Origin: Macrostomum lignano
Taxonomy: Eukaryota
Reading direction: 5' to 3'
DNA: 64,000 nucleotides
Assembly (NCBI GenBank): GCA_002269645.1
Contig: NIVC01002102.1
Coordinates: 1-64,000, forward strand
Shown: in pieces, positions 9,787 through 26,400 of the stretch
Numbering within the stretch: the first letter of the stretch is position 1
Layout of the letters: the number at the start of each line of letters is the position of its first letter
Position numbers and translations under genes: made by a program
Notes under the pieces: generated by a model
What the model saw: only the letters and a program-made list of their open reading frames with translations
Databases searched by the model: none
Told to the model about the DNA's origin: nothing

Positions 9787-12100
9787 GGGTCACGCAGAGT
9801 TGCTTCAAGAAAGTGCGTCCGATTGCTCCACGCGATAATGGTCGAGGCTCCGGTTGGTCCTGACGTTTTATTATAGATTATTTTATGATTAAATAGTATA
9901 GATTTCTTACCGAGGAGGCTAGACAGTACAAGCACAAATTTTAATTTACCTATCAGTTTCACCGTGAGCAGTTTGGAAAATTCGCTGGTAGCCTCATCAA
10001 CACCGACCTTGCTGGCGGACTGGGGCAGTGCACTCACTGCCTCTAGAAGGATGCTTATCGGCTGCGGCGAAGCTAAAAATTTCCACCTGCAGTTCCTGGG
10101 AGCGGGAGCCTCATCAGGCAGATGGAGCAGTATGGAGTCGGGTTGGTTGATCCAATGGTCGGCCTGGACTAGCTGAGGCGAGCTCGAGCAGCGCAAGGAA
10201 TGCACGGACACCTGCGCTGCGGAGCTGGAGGCGGGGGTTGGGCTGAGTTGGAGACCGATAATTCAGACAGACCGACACTTCAGATAGACCGACACTTCAG
10301 ATAGACCGACACTTCAGAGAGACCGACACTTCAGAGAGACCGACACTTCAGAGAGACCGACACTTCAGATAGACCGACACTTCAGACAGACCGACACTTC
10401 AAAGAGACCGACACTTCAGAGAGACCGACACTTTGAGAGACCGACACTTCAGACAGACCGACACTTCAGACAGACCGACACTTCAGACAGACCGACACTT
10501 CAGACAGACCGACACTTCAGACAGACCGACACTTCAGACAGACCGACACTTCAGACAGACCGACACTTCAGATAGACCGACACTTCAGATAGACCGACAC
10601 TTCAGAGAGACCGACACTTCAGACAGACCGACACTTCAGATAGACCGATACTTCAGACGACAGACCGACACTTCAGATAGACCGACACTTCAGAGAGACA
10701 GACACTTTAGAGAGACCGACACTTCAAAGAGACCGACACTTCAAAGAGACCGACACTTCAAAGAGACCGAAACTTTAGATAGACCGACACTTCAAAGAGA
10801 CCGACACTTCAGAGAGACCGACACTTCAGATAGACTGACACTTAGACCGACACTTCAGACACCGACACTTCAGACAGACCGACACTTCAGAGAGACCGAC
10901 ACTTCAGAGAGACCGACACTTCAGAGAGACCGGCACTTCAGAGAGACCGACACTTTGAGAGACCGACACTTCAGAGATACCGACACTTCAGAGAGACCGA
11001 CACTTCAGAGAGACCGACACTTTAGAGAGACCGACACTTCAAAGAGACCGACATATCTGACAGACCGACATTTCAGAAAGACCGATACTTCAAAGAGACC
11101 GAAACTTTAGATAGACCGACACTTCAGATAGACCGACACTTCAGATAGACCGACACTTCAGATAGACCGACACTTCAGAGAGACCGACACTTTAGAGAGA
11201 CCGACACTTCAAAGAGACCGACATATCAGACAGACCGACATTTCAGAAAGACCGATACTTCAAAGAGACCGAAACTTTAGATAGACCGACACTTCAGATA
11301 GACCGACACTTCAGAGAGACCGACACTTCAGACAGACCGACACTTCAGATAGACCGACACTTCAGAGAGACCGACACTTCAGACAGACCGACATCTTAAA
11401 ACGACTGATAATTTAAAGGCTGTAAATTTTACAGAGCCTATTGTCGCAGCTCCTTATCACTCCTGTTAGTTATAAAAGATCGAAAAATGAGTACCAATGC
11501 AAGGACGAATTGAGTGTAAAGACTGAACACCCATTCATTCGGGAACTTCTGCAGGCCCCCTTGCGATAAGTTATACGACATACTCGTAATACATACTCGT
11601 AAAAGCAGCGGGCTGTGTGCACCCTGGCGCACTTCAAGCGACATTGTCACACAACCGGCGAGAGGCATTGCTGCCCATTCCGCCGACTCCTGCACTTGGA
11701 ATCGAGCCTGGGCCGCTAATACATAAGACCACCTTTCCGTTACACAAACAAAAGAGCAAGAAGCAGTCAAGCAAGCAAAATAGGCAAAAGTCACATTTTA
11801 GTAAAGAAAAAAGAGAAGCTAATTTTGATTTGTTGCAGTCATGGATTTGGAAATATTCAATAAAACTCGTATGAAAATAAATAAATAAGCAATTATGGCT
11901 CTTTCACGCAGCAAAATATGTAATTTGTTGATAAAAGGCTTGCGAAAATCCCCTATTAAATATTGGTGACCCTTACTTAATTGGCTCTTGGGCCAATGCC
12001 TATCTGAGACAGATTACTGACGCAGTAAACTCAAATGGATTTACCTTTTATACTCGCCAACCAGCAGCACAGAGCACAGGAGCAGCTTCAGCTTGAGCAT
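9787..12100 (-). CDS. Secreted/membrane protein with CUB-like domain (paralogue 2); 3' exons not located
   Basis: Exon 12100-12045 encodes a signal-peptide-like MLKLKLLLCSVLLVG. Exon 10224-9950 contains NCRWKF. Exon 9859-9787 ends at donor GTAAGC. Intron phases are 2,1,2 and all joins are in frame. Confidence 0.55.
10251..11393. repeat. 16-bp minisatellite (AGACCGACACTTCAGA variants) x~70, intronic
   Basis: Tandem array inside intron 1 of the 9787-12100 gene, ending ~27 nt from the acceptor. Confidence 0.97.
11611..11735 (-). mobile_element. tRNA-derived SINE family B, internally deleted copy
   Basis: Shares GGCTGTGTGCACCCTGGCGCACTT...GGCATT.CTGCCCATTCCGCCGACTCC and CTTGG.ATCGAGCCTGGGCCGCT with 43281-43598. 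Confidence 0.65.
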
Positions 12101-12399
12101 TTTGAGATATAAGAGCTTTCTATCCGATAATTTTCGCAAGCCCAAGGCATTGCGTGCAGTTAACAAGTTTTTGTGGGGCTTTATATAAACACGAGCCGTT
12201 AGTTTCCGGGGGAAAGCCGTGAATAAAAATAGCCTACTTGGTACCAACGCAACTACAACGCGCAGTGTGTGGAATGCTAAAAATAGCGCCATATTAAACG
12301 GCGTCACAAGCAAGGCACACACAATATTCCTTGACTGCAATTTAGTAACTGCGCGCATTTCATTTGACTGGTAAAAAAGATTTTGCTTAGGCAAAAAGC

Positions 12400-15300
12400 T
12401 CAGAGCCTTGGGCATTTGCAATGCTTTTTCAAACAAAGCACGACTAGGACAGCAAGCAGCGCCAGGATCACCAGGGAGAACAGCAAGGCGGTGAGACGCT
12501 CAACCGGCCGTTCCTGTCCCCGCCGAAGACAGTCGCAGCAGCGACTTGCCAGGAGCTCCAACTGGCACTGCTTGGCCGTGGCCGCGGCGCCGCTGTCGGC
12601 GCAGATCCCGAGGCTGCCGGTGGCGGGCTCAGAAGGGAATCCGAGCAGAGTCGGTTGAGCATCTCCAGAACAGGCGGTGGTGTTCAACGGCTTGGACAAG
12701 TTGAAGGACTGAATGGCGAGACAGTGGCCGGAACCGCTGATGATCAGCCTGTGCAGTGTCAGTGGAAGTCGGTGGTTCCATTCACATTCTGAAATCTCCA
12801 ACTCTACCGATGAGAGTGCGTTGCCTAGTCGTCAAAAAGTGTGACCCTGAAACGGCCCATTGCGCTGATTCTTGAGCCCACGCACTCACAAGAATGCGTA
12901 AGCAGGCACACGCTCACACAGCATGTACACTCTCTGGGCCTGGTGGGTTGGCCCTCATGAAGTAAAACGTTTTCATCGGGTCTAATCTCTATACTGTATT
13001 TCCATCGTGTCGAAGGTTAATTTGATACGCTAGGTCACGTGACAGCTAACAAGCGGAAATTCCGCGGCGCCAACCACCCCATGATGTGTACTGACTCGGG
13101 CACCCACCCCAGCCACAAGCCCCCTCTCCCAGAGGTTCATTATTGAGCGATAGCTCAGCCAGCTCCAAAGCCCCCAGACCTGTCAGCTGGCAAGGTGGCA
13201 GCCCCGCATGCGCAGCCGCCGTTGGCAAGCCGGCGCCAGTACACCAGCTGGTGCTCGCCCGCCTCGGTGGTGCAGTCGCAGCGGGCCATGCCGAGTCGGA
13301 GCGGCCCCTCCGTCAGTTTGGCCTCGTCTGGCTCCAGGCCGCCTGACTGCTTGAGCTCGAAATCTGCTTGCGGAAAGCCAAGAAGCCATTTTACATGAGA
13401 CTACATGCTCAAAGTTAAGTTTCAAGCTCACTCCATGATCTCTGAGCAGGCTCACTCCATGATCTCACAGCAAGCTCACTCTATGATCACACAGCAGGCT
13501 CACTCCACGATCTCACAGCAAGCTCACTCCATGATCTCACAGCAAGCTCACTCTATGATCACACAGCAGGCTCACTCCACGATCTCACAGCAAGCTCACT
13601 CCATGATCTCACAGAAAGCTCACTCCATGATCTCACAGCAAGCTCACTCCATGATCTCACAGCAAGCTCACTCCATGATCTCACAGCAGGCTCACTCCAT
13701 GATCTCTGAGCAAGCTCACTCCATGATCTCTGAGCAAGCTCACTCCATGATCTCACAGCAAGCTCACTCCATGATCTCACAGCAGGCTCACTCCATGATC
13801 TCTGAGCAAGCTCACTCCATGATCTCTGAGCAAGCTCACTCCATGATCTCACAGCAAGCTCACTCCATGATCTCACAGCAAGCTCACTCCATGATCTCTG
13901 AGCAGGCTCACTCCATGATCTCACAGCAAGCTCACTCCATGATCTCACAGCAAGCTCACTCCATGATCTCACAGCAAGCTCACTCCATGATCTCACAGCA
14001 AGCTCACTCCATGATCTCACAGCAAGCTCACTCCATGATCTCACAGCAAGCTCACTCCATGATCTCTGAGCAAGCTCACTCCATGATCTCTGAGCAAGCT
14101 CACTCCATGATCTCTGAGCAAGCTCACTCCATGATCTCACAGCAAGCTCACTCCATGATCTCACAGCAAGCTCACTCCATGATCTCACAGAAAGCTCACT
14201 CCATGATCTCACAGCAAGCTCACTCCATGATCTCACAGCAAGCTCACTCCATGATCTCACAGCAGGCTCACTCCATGATCTCTGAGCAAGCTCACTCCAT
14301 GATCTCACAGCAAGCTCACTCTATGATCTCACAGCAGGCTCACTCCACGATCTCACAGCAAGCTCACTCCATGATCTCACAGAAAGCTCACTCCATGATC
14401 TCACAGCAAGCTCACTCCACGATCTCACAGCAAGCTCACTCCATGATCTCACAGCAAGCTCACTCCATGATCTCACAGCAAGCTCACTCCATGATCTCAC
14501 AGCAAGCTCACTCCATGATCTCTGAGCAGGCTCACTCCATGATCTCACAGCAAGCTCACTCCATGATCTCACAGCAAGCTCACTCCATGATCTCACAGCA
14601 AGCTCACTCCATGATCTCACAGCAAGCTCACTCCATGATCTCACAGCAAGCTCACTCCATGATCTCACAGCAAGCTCACTCCATGATCTCTGAGCAAGCT
14701 CACTCCATGATCTCTGAGCAAGCTCACTCCATGATCTCACAGCAAGCTCACTCCATGATCTCACAGCAAGCTCACTCCATGATCTCACAGAAAGCTCACT
14801 CCATGATCTCACAGCAAGCTCACTCCATGATCTCACAGCAAGCTCACTCCATGTTCTCACAGCAAGCTCACTCCATGATCTCTGAGCAAGCTCACTCCAT
14901 GATCTCACAGAAAGCTCACTCCATGATCTCACAGCAGGCTCACTCCACGATCTCACAGCAGGCTCACTCCACGATCTCACAGCAGGCTCACTCCACGATC
15001 TCACAGCAGGCTCACTCCACGATCTCACAGCAGGCTCACTCCACGATCTCACAGCAGGCTCACTCCACGATCTCACAGCAGGCTATCACATATCCTACTC
15101 TATTAAACAGAGCCTGCACTCACACGAGGCCAAGAATTGCTCTGCCTGGCTCCATCGCGTAAAAGCCGCGGCTCGAGCGACGCGACTGGTGACTCGCACA
15201 GCCAGGCAGCGGTCATCCAGCAGGACGAGGCCGCGGCTGCAGAAGCCTGCCTTCGCGTGCGAGATGCGCAGAAAGAATCGGTGGGCGAGGCTGCCGAGGG

Positions 15301-17321
15301 CTTTGCTGTTCAACTGCAGGCTGACGTCCACGTAGTCGGAGCTGGTGATGAGGATGCGGTAGTGCTGTGCAGGTCGAATCCTGAAACTACCTCAGGCCTC
15401 GTGGATAATCAAAGGCTATCCCGCCTTGCCTAACCTCGCACATAAATGGGTCTTTTTCGGTGTAATCCATGTACATACAAGCATTGTAGAATACACATTG
15501 AAACCATACTCAATCACGCTTTGTTGAACCATGCACCAACGCTAGCTTGAAACTATAGCAGCTTAAAAGATGTAGATGTATATGAGCTTGTATTGTACTA
15601 ATGTGATCCCCTTAATGCAAATTGGAATGAAAATTCATTTCAGCACTTAAAACCCTGTGGCCCAGGCTCGATTCAAATTAACGCCCAGCTTGAGGGCCAA
15701 CCCCCAAAGCACAGTGAAGTGTACATGCCTACGATAAATAAAGTTAGGGCCGCTGTACATTCCTGTATCCGCGCGCTTGTGTGCCTGCTCAGGGGAGTTA
15801 AGCGACAATGTCGCTTAAAGTGCACCAGGGTGCACACAGCCCCTTTACCTTTAACTAAGATTCTTCCCAGATTTTCAAAAGACAGCTCGGCAGTGCAAGC
15901 ATGTACTCACTCATTGTGCAGCTGAAATAGTTGAAAGTGCAGCCTTTCATCCCACTGGTAGTGCCTCGTGCACAGGCCTACATGAAAAATAAAAAACTCA
16001 CGTATAAAAATCAACCTAGAAAATTTTAGAAAGCCGAAACCCTGCCATCCTACCGTGCTGGGTGGTGTTCAGAATCTGCACAAACGCGCTGCTGTTGCGG
16101 TCCATCGTGCTCATCCTCTGTCGCCACATCTCCGTGACGAACAGCTCCAGAGCCAGGTGGGCCGGCTGGCGCAGCGCTTTGAAGCCAACCTGCCACTGGC
16201 AGTTGCGAACGGTCTCGGCCAGCTGTTTCTCGCCCCGGGCGTAGGTGCACAAATTGTTGTTGCTCTGCTGCGGCTGCTGCTGGTCCGAGTCAATCTTCAC
16301 TTGGATGGTTGAGCAGTACAAGTTGTCCGCCGAGCAGCTGGGCGAGTTTAGATAATGGCCAATACAGCAGGTGTCAGGCTTTAGCACCAAGGGGCTTTAG
16401 CACCAAGGGGTGCCAGCACCAAGGGGCGCCAGCACCAAGGGGTGCCAGCACCAAGGGGCGCCAGCACCAAGGGGTGCCAGCACCAAGGGGCGCCAGCACC
16501 AAGGGGCGCCAGCACCAAAGGGGTGCCAACATCAAGGGGCGCCAGCACCAAAGGGGCGCCAGCACCAAGGGGCGCCAGCACCAAGGGGCGCCAGCATCAA
16601 AGGGGCGCCAGCACCAAAGGGGTGCCAGCACCAAGGGGCGCCAGCACCAAGGGGCGCCAGCATCAAAGGGGCGCCAGCACCAAAGGGGTGCCAGCACCAA
16701 GGGGCGCCAGCACCAAGGGGCGCCAGCACCAAGGGGCGCCAGCATCAAAGGGGCGCCAGCACCAAAGGGGTGCCAGCACCAAGGGGCGCCAGCACCAAGG
16801 GGCGCCAGCACCAAGGGGCGCCTATGCCACAATGTAGACCTTACGCTTCTGATTGCACAACGCTGTTTTGAATTTACTTTTGAAAACTAACCGCATTGTT
16901 CAGTATGTATAGTACAGATATTGTACAGAGAGCTATTTATAGAAAACTCTGGGGTTAACGTAAAGTCTATTTTTAGCCTACAGTACACGGATATGCCGCA
17001 TCTACACGCTAAGCTAAGTCAATATTCAGATTCTTAGCTGTTGTCTGGGTCGTTTCGTCCGATTTTTGGCTAGGGCGAGGCCGCCCCCGTCAATTACGGG
17101 TAGCTCAGACCAATAGAACGGACTATGGTCTCTCAAACAAAAAGCATTGCTTCAATAATTCACCTGAATAATTGTCACAAGCTATTGATATCTAAATAGG
17201 TTTTTAATTGATAAATTCCAAGGTTCAGCTGTGTACAGCAGCACAAAACAGAGACTTACCGGATGCCCAGCAGCAGCAGCAGAGCTGCGTACAGAATGAA
17301 CGGAGTGTTCAATAATAGCAT
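12400..17321 (-). CDS. Type I membrane protein, 400 aa: signal peptide, CUB-like, C-type-lectin-like, TM helix (paralogue 1)
   Basis: Exons 17321-17260, 16337-16054, 15977-15911, 15380-15124, 13363-13180 and 12748-12400 total 1203 nt, all GT-AG and in frame. Signal MLLLNTPFILYAALLLLLGIR; NCQWQV; RCLAV..RWSQAEQF; HCLAIQ..TTAC; TM LTALLFSLVILALLAVLVVLCL followed by KKH. Domain names are by motif resemblance. Confidence 0.7.
13423..15084. repeat. 24-bp minisatellite (CAAGCTCACTCCATGATCTCACAG) x~69, intronic
   Basis: Fills intron 15123-13364 almost completely. It explains the spurious 585-aa QQAHSMIS ORF. Confidence 0.97.
15650..15843 (+). mobile_element. SINE family B copy
   Basis: Reverse-complement similarity to 43281-43560 (CCCAGGCTCGATTC head; GTGCACCAGGGTGCACACAGCCCC tail). 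Further fragments occur at ~12880-12955 and ~26690-26795. Confidence 0.6.
16381..16825. repeat. 16-bp minisatellite (AGCACCAAGGGGCGCC) x~27, intronic
   Basis: Tandem array in intron 1 of the 12400-17321 gene. Confidence 0.97.
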
Positions 17322-17970
17322 TTAACAGAAAAAAAACCAGTTCGAAAATAAAATATGCACGAGCGTTATAATAAAACGCTAGTTTCTCAGGCAATTTATT
17401 TACAAACACACTGTAAATGTAGATCCGTATATATATTGCTTCTCCATGGAAATGCCATGGAACTTCCATGGAAAAAACTAGGAAACACAGTCAAAGTGTC
17501 AAACAGTCACAGAGAAAGAGAGAGAGATACGTGCAAGTGGTATTTTTAGTTATCATTTTAATATCTGAGAGAAATTATTATCAAACAAAATTCAAGCTTA
17601 GCTCCAATATAAGGCTTTACAAGGTACTTGCCAGAAATTAATGGCCAGGCATGTACACTGCTGTACACTGTACAAAAATAGTTTTGTGCATTGTATTGTA
17701 TATGCTGGCAGTCAAATGTGCATCCAATGCTAATACCATTCCTTTATATACGAGCTACATATAACTATAAATATGGGCTAGCATAGTCTAAGAGAAATTT
17801 TGCAATGAGTAAAGTTAGCTGCGATACATATCGGCCCAAAGTGGCCCTTTAGTCAACTGGAGGATCCGATCCTATTGGGAATTCTATGCAAATCAGCATC
17901 ATGCTCATTTTAGACTACTGAAGAAAGAGTAGCTTGAATGAGAATTAATATCTAAGCACGAGTGCACTAT

Positions 17971-18339
17971 CTAGGGTTTTAGCACCTGAGCCCCCGGGTC
18001 CGCAGTGGCTGCCAGCCGCCTGTAAAACTCGGCAGCAAAGGCCGGGTCCAGCTGCTCCAGCCGGCCAGCCAGCCGGTTCCTCATCTCCGCTGGCCAGTTG
18101 GCGAACCAATCCCGGAACAGGCGCAGCTGGCAGCGGAACAGGCTGGGCTGCTGCTGGCCAGCGATGCTCAGGCGGCTGCACACGAGGAACAGGCCCTCGT
18201 CTGACTGGCACAGAGCTGACGGCGCCGCGGCCAGCACCAGGTCGGTGAGGAACTCCGCCTTCTCGGCTGGTCCCCACTGGCTGAACCAGTGGCTGACGCA
18301 GGCCAGCTGCTCCTGCTGCTGCTGCTGTTCGCCACTCAT
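17971..18339 (-). CDS. C14orf119: C14orf119/DUF4508 homologue, single coding exon, 122 aa
   Basis: LACVSHWFSQW...EFLTDLV..A.P...PSLFRCQLRLFRDWFANW..EMRNRL..RLEQLDPAFAAEFY parallels the recalled human C14orf119 sequence. ATG at 18339. Confidence 0.85.
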   Translation of the reverse strand: MSGEQQQQQEQLACVSHWFSQWGPAEKAEFLTDLVLAAAPSALCQSDEGLFLVCSRLSIAGQQQPSLFRCQLRLFRDWFANWPAEMRNRLAGRLEQLDPAFAAEFYRRLAATADPGAQVLKP

Positions 18340-18477
18340 TCCACGCCAAAATAGCAAAAGGCGCTAATTATGCTACTGAATTTATCGTGCGGGCAGTAGC
18401 AGAAATGGATATGGATGCATAAGTTTTAAATGAAGTTCGAAATTTGATTTAATAAATAATTATATTTGATAACAGCT

Positions 18478-18659
18478 GCGGGTCGCGTACACACGTACAC
18501 CCTCAATTACCCCAGCTAATGCTGGCACCCATTTTACAGCTGTGTGAACTGAAGCAATGCAGAGTTAAGTGTCTTGTTCAAGGGCACAGATTTTTGCGAC
18601 TGGGTTGAGAATCGAACCCCCGATCTTTCAGTCGTGAGTCCGACGATCTAGACTACACC
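18478..18659 (-). mobile_element. tRNA-derived CORE-type SINE (family A)
   Basis: The minus strand has A-box and B-box-like head (GGTTCGATTC), then GTGCCCTTGAACAAGACACTTAACTC...CAGCTGTAAAATGGG, which resembles the MIR/CORE domain. Confidence 0.75.
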
Positions 18660-19143
18660 CCCCAATGGCACAACGCCCTAGGTGACATTGTCCAACAACC
18701 AGCGCTGAGGCAATTCTGTCCAAAATTTTCATGCACAAAAATTCAAATGAGACACACTGAAAAAATAGCTGTAACTGCTAGCAGAGCTAGCTTTTCAAGC
18801 ACTACGCGAAACACACAAACACCAATAATTAAAGCATGGACTGAACAGCAGTAGCAATTTAAGCGATTTATTAATATTTTTTGCAAAAATGACACTAAAA
18901 AAACAATTTCATTTTTTAAGCTTATTACAAACGCTTTTAGAGAGAAAAGTTAAACATGTAATTAATCTCCAAAATCAAAGGCACTAGATGAGTCTTTGTT
19001 TCTCTAGAATATCTAGATATCTAGACTGGGCCGATATGTAGCGTAAATCACTTTTCTTAGCATAGAAATCTAAAGGTGGAGCAGAACAGAATGGAATAAT
19101 CATTGGAATAGAACTGACAAACAGATGCAATACTTTTTTAATT

Positions 19144-22568
<3,425 letters not shown>

Positions 22569-23448
22569 TGCAACTGGAGAATTTTATTGTTCAATTTAAG
22601 CATCGAACATACGCTTAACATACTACTGGTCTGTTAATTTTTAATTAAAAAGCATGCGCTAATATACTACTTAACTGCGAGTGGCAGTAGGATGTTTCGC
22701 CTATTTTTAAAGCAAGAAGCGAAAAAAACTGTTTGTAAGAAAACAACTGGATAATTTTAGCTCACAGCGAACGAGCCGGAATTGTTTATAAGCGACCAAT
22801 TTAATAGGCCATAAATAATGTAAAATAGGTTTATATTTGTCAGTTTTTCAATGTTACAATACAATAATAAAATAGATTGCAAGCTGGGAGGTCACACGCG
22901 CTGCGGTTGGGATGGTTGGCGATGTTTAAAAATTATGGTAAAAAAATTAATAGTTAGGAAATTGCATTGAAGAGTACGGTTATATGACTATGTAATTGTG
23001 GCACAGTGAGTATGATTATTAATAATATAACAGACAAGGAGGCCGTGTATTAAATATTGATTACAGAGCCCGCTTGTCATGTAGAAATGCACAAAAATGC
23101 AGATTTAAACAGCACGTTTTATTGTCTAGCGAAGCTGGACGAGTTCATTTCAAATAATTAATGATTCAAACAAAAATGCACCAATTTTAATAACTATTAT
23201 AATAGGAAAAAAGTTACGTCTTAAAAAAATAGAAAATGCACTAATAGTTGAACAAAAGGACTATTTTGCAAAAGATTGTTGAAAGCATGTTGAAGCAGCA
23301 ATTGAAAATATGATTTTAATAACTCATATGGCTAATATGATTATTAAATATTAACGTGCTATATGAGATACAAAAAGAGGTGTATATGATAATAAAGCAA
23401 CACTGAGCTGCGAAAGTCCTGCTGCCGGGGTCAAACAAGGTCAAAGGC

Positions 23449-26400
23449 CTAGCTGAGGCCGGCGGCAGAACGGAGCGCCTCGCCCGTACCGTCCAGCTCA
23501 GGCCAGGTGCTCACCATGCTGCCCGAACTGCTGGAGTACTTCTTGCGGATGGCGGTGTACCTGCGGATGGAGGGGCGGAGATTGAGAACAACGGCTTCAC
23601 TGAATGACTAGGGAGAGGTCAGCTGACCCCCATCGCACACTGAAGGATTCGGGAAGGGTCAGCTGACCCCCATCTCACACTGAATGACTAGGGAGAGGTC
23701 AGCTGACCCCCATCGCACACTGAATGACTAGGGAGAGTCAGCTGACCCCATCGCACACTGAATGATTAGGGAGGTCAGCTGACCCCCATCGCAAACTGAA
23801 TGACTAGGGAGGTCAGCTGACCCCCATCGCACACTGAATGACTAGGGAGAGTCAGCTGACCCCCATCACACAAATGATTAGGGAGGGGTCAGCTGACCCC
23901 CATCGCACACTGAATGACTACGGAGAGGTCAGCTGACCCCCATCGCACACAAAATGATTAGGGAGGGGTCAGCTGACCCCCATCGCACACTGAATGACTA
24001 GGGAGAGTCAGCTGACCCCCATCACACAAATGATTAGGGAGGGGTCAGCTGACCCCCATCGCACACTGAATGACTACGGAGAGGTCAGCTGACCCCCATC
24101 GCACACAGAATGACTAGGGAGAGGTCAGCTGACCCCCATCACACACTGAATGGTTAGGGAGGGGGTCAGCTGACTACAAGGGCGGCACCAAACTCAGAGC
24201 TCACTTGGCATTGTCCCCGGCCCGCACAGCCAGGCCAGCAATCTGCCTGACCAGAGGCTCCAGCTGCTGCCTGCTGTAGCCCGAGAACACTTCAAGCGCG
24301 TCTGTCCAGCCGGAGCCGCCGCAGGCGCCCTCCCGGCTAGGCAGCAGTTCGCGGGCCAGACAGAATGCGCCGGCGGCCAATCCGGAAGGTGGCAGGTGAG
24401 CGGCCGAGTAGTCAGCCCTAGCCAACTCGGCCAGGTACTTGGCGGCCTCGTGTACGGCTGGAGTGGCCGCGGCCACCTTGCTGTATCGGCGCAGGAAGTG
24501 AATGGGCAGCGGATAGCCCAGGAAGAAGTTCAGTTGCTTCAGCAGGCGCTGCTCGGTGGCCCGGATCTCGGCGGCTGAGTGATTAGAGTGAGAAGGGGGG
24601 CATTGTAGAGCTGACGGCGACGCTTGTACAAGGAGTGTGCTTCTAGTACAGGATACTAGCACTAGACTATTGCACATGTACAGAAAAGGGTTGGGTCTAG
24701 TACAGGACAAACTGCCTCTTGTACTTTTACAGAATACTGGATTTCTTGTACAAAAGAGTGGTTTTAGTACAGGAAGGTGACTTGTACAGGAAACAAGGGT
24801 TGTTCCAGTACAGAATGACTTCTACAGGAAACAAGGGTTGTTCTCGTACAGAATGACTTGTACAGGAAGCAGGGGTTCCAGTACAGAATGATGACTTGTA
24901 CAGGAAGCAGGGGTTCCAGTACAGAATGATGACTTGTACAGGAAGCAGGGGTTCCAGTACAGAATGATGACTTGTACAGGAAGCAGGGGTCCCAGTACAG
25001 AATGATGACTTGTACAGGAAGCAGGAATTCCAGTACAAAATGATGACTTGTACAAGAAGGGCTTGTTCCAGCACAGAATGACAACTTGTACAGGAAGCAG
25101 GGGTTCTAGAGCAGGTTTCTAGTAAAAGGCCCGAAAGATTTTAGAGACAAAGGCAGGCTTTTTTTCGCCGCGTAGAAAAAATTAGTCAGCAAAAATATCA
25201 TATAGTCTACTTACAGTAGGCAAACTATGCTTGACAAGAGAAACTGTTTCCAGCCGTTAATATTTCATCATTTTGATTCGGTAAATATTGATATATAGCA
25301 TGCACGGTCCACAGTGCAGGCACAAATACTCGCATCTCAGGCTAGGAAATGCCAGAGCAGAGTGGCGCAGTGGAAGCGTGCTGGGCCCATAACCCAGAGG
25401 TCCGTGGATCGAAACCACGCTCTGCTAAAAATTCTATTTTTTATTTAAATCTTCTCGCGATTTTTTCCAGTCATTGAGGAAGTTAATAAAAAGCAATTAC
25501 CAGTAAAAGCCTGATCAGTGATGTACACAAAGTCGGCAACGTTAGGCGGGTAGATCTCTTCGTACTTGCTGGCCAGAAGCATAGCAGACACGCCGATTAG
25601 CTGGAATTCGCTTTTCTTCACGCTGGCCCCAGCATCCGAGGACATGAAGGCGTCAATGATGTGATAGGTGAGGTACAGGCTCTCCGGCAGCAGGGTGTAG
25701 CGCTGGTGGACCTGAAAATGCGGAGCGGCATGGCCGGCTATAACTAGGAGTGGAATAGAGGGGACAGCAGAGTGGAATAGAGGGGACAGCAGAGTGGAAT
25801 AGAGTGGACAGCAGAGTGGAATAGAGTGGACAGCAGAGTGGAATAGAGTGGACAGCAGAGTGGAATAGAGGGGACAGCAGAGTGGAATAGAGGGGACAGC
25901 AGAGTGGAATAGAGTGGACAGCAGAGTGGAATAGAGGGGACAGCAGAGTGGAATAGAGTGGACAGCAGAGTGGAATAGAGTGGACAGCAGAGTGGAATAG
26001 AGTGGACAGCAGAGTGGAATAGAGGGGACAGCAGAGTGGAATAGAGGGGACAGCAGAGTGGAATAGAGTGGACAGCAGAGTGGAATAGAGGGGACAGCAG
26101 AGTGGAATAGAGTGGACAGCAGAGTGGAATAGAGTGGACAGCAGAGTGGAATAGAGGGGACAGCAGAGTGGAATAGAGTGGACAGCAGAGTGGAATACAG
26201 TGGACAGCAGAGTGGAATACAGTGGACAGCAGAGTGGAATACAGTGGACAGCAGACGGACACACAGCAGAGAGGAATACACTGGACAGCAGACACACAGC
26301 AGAGTGGAATACAGTGGACAGCAGAGTAGAGCACACAATGACAGCAGCAAAGCCGCACCTGCACCAGCCAGTCGCACAGGATGGTCCGCATCCTAGGCGT

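Noticed and set aside
13405-15162. 585-aa ORF of QQAHSMIS repeats (and the antisense RSWSELAV ORFs)
   Set aside because: It is the translation of a 24-bp intronic minisatellite lying inside a well-supported intron of the opposite-strand gene.
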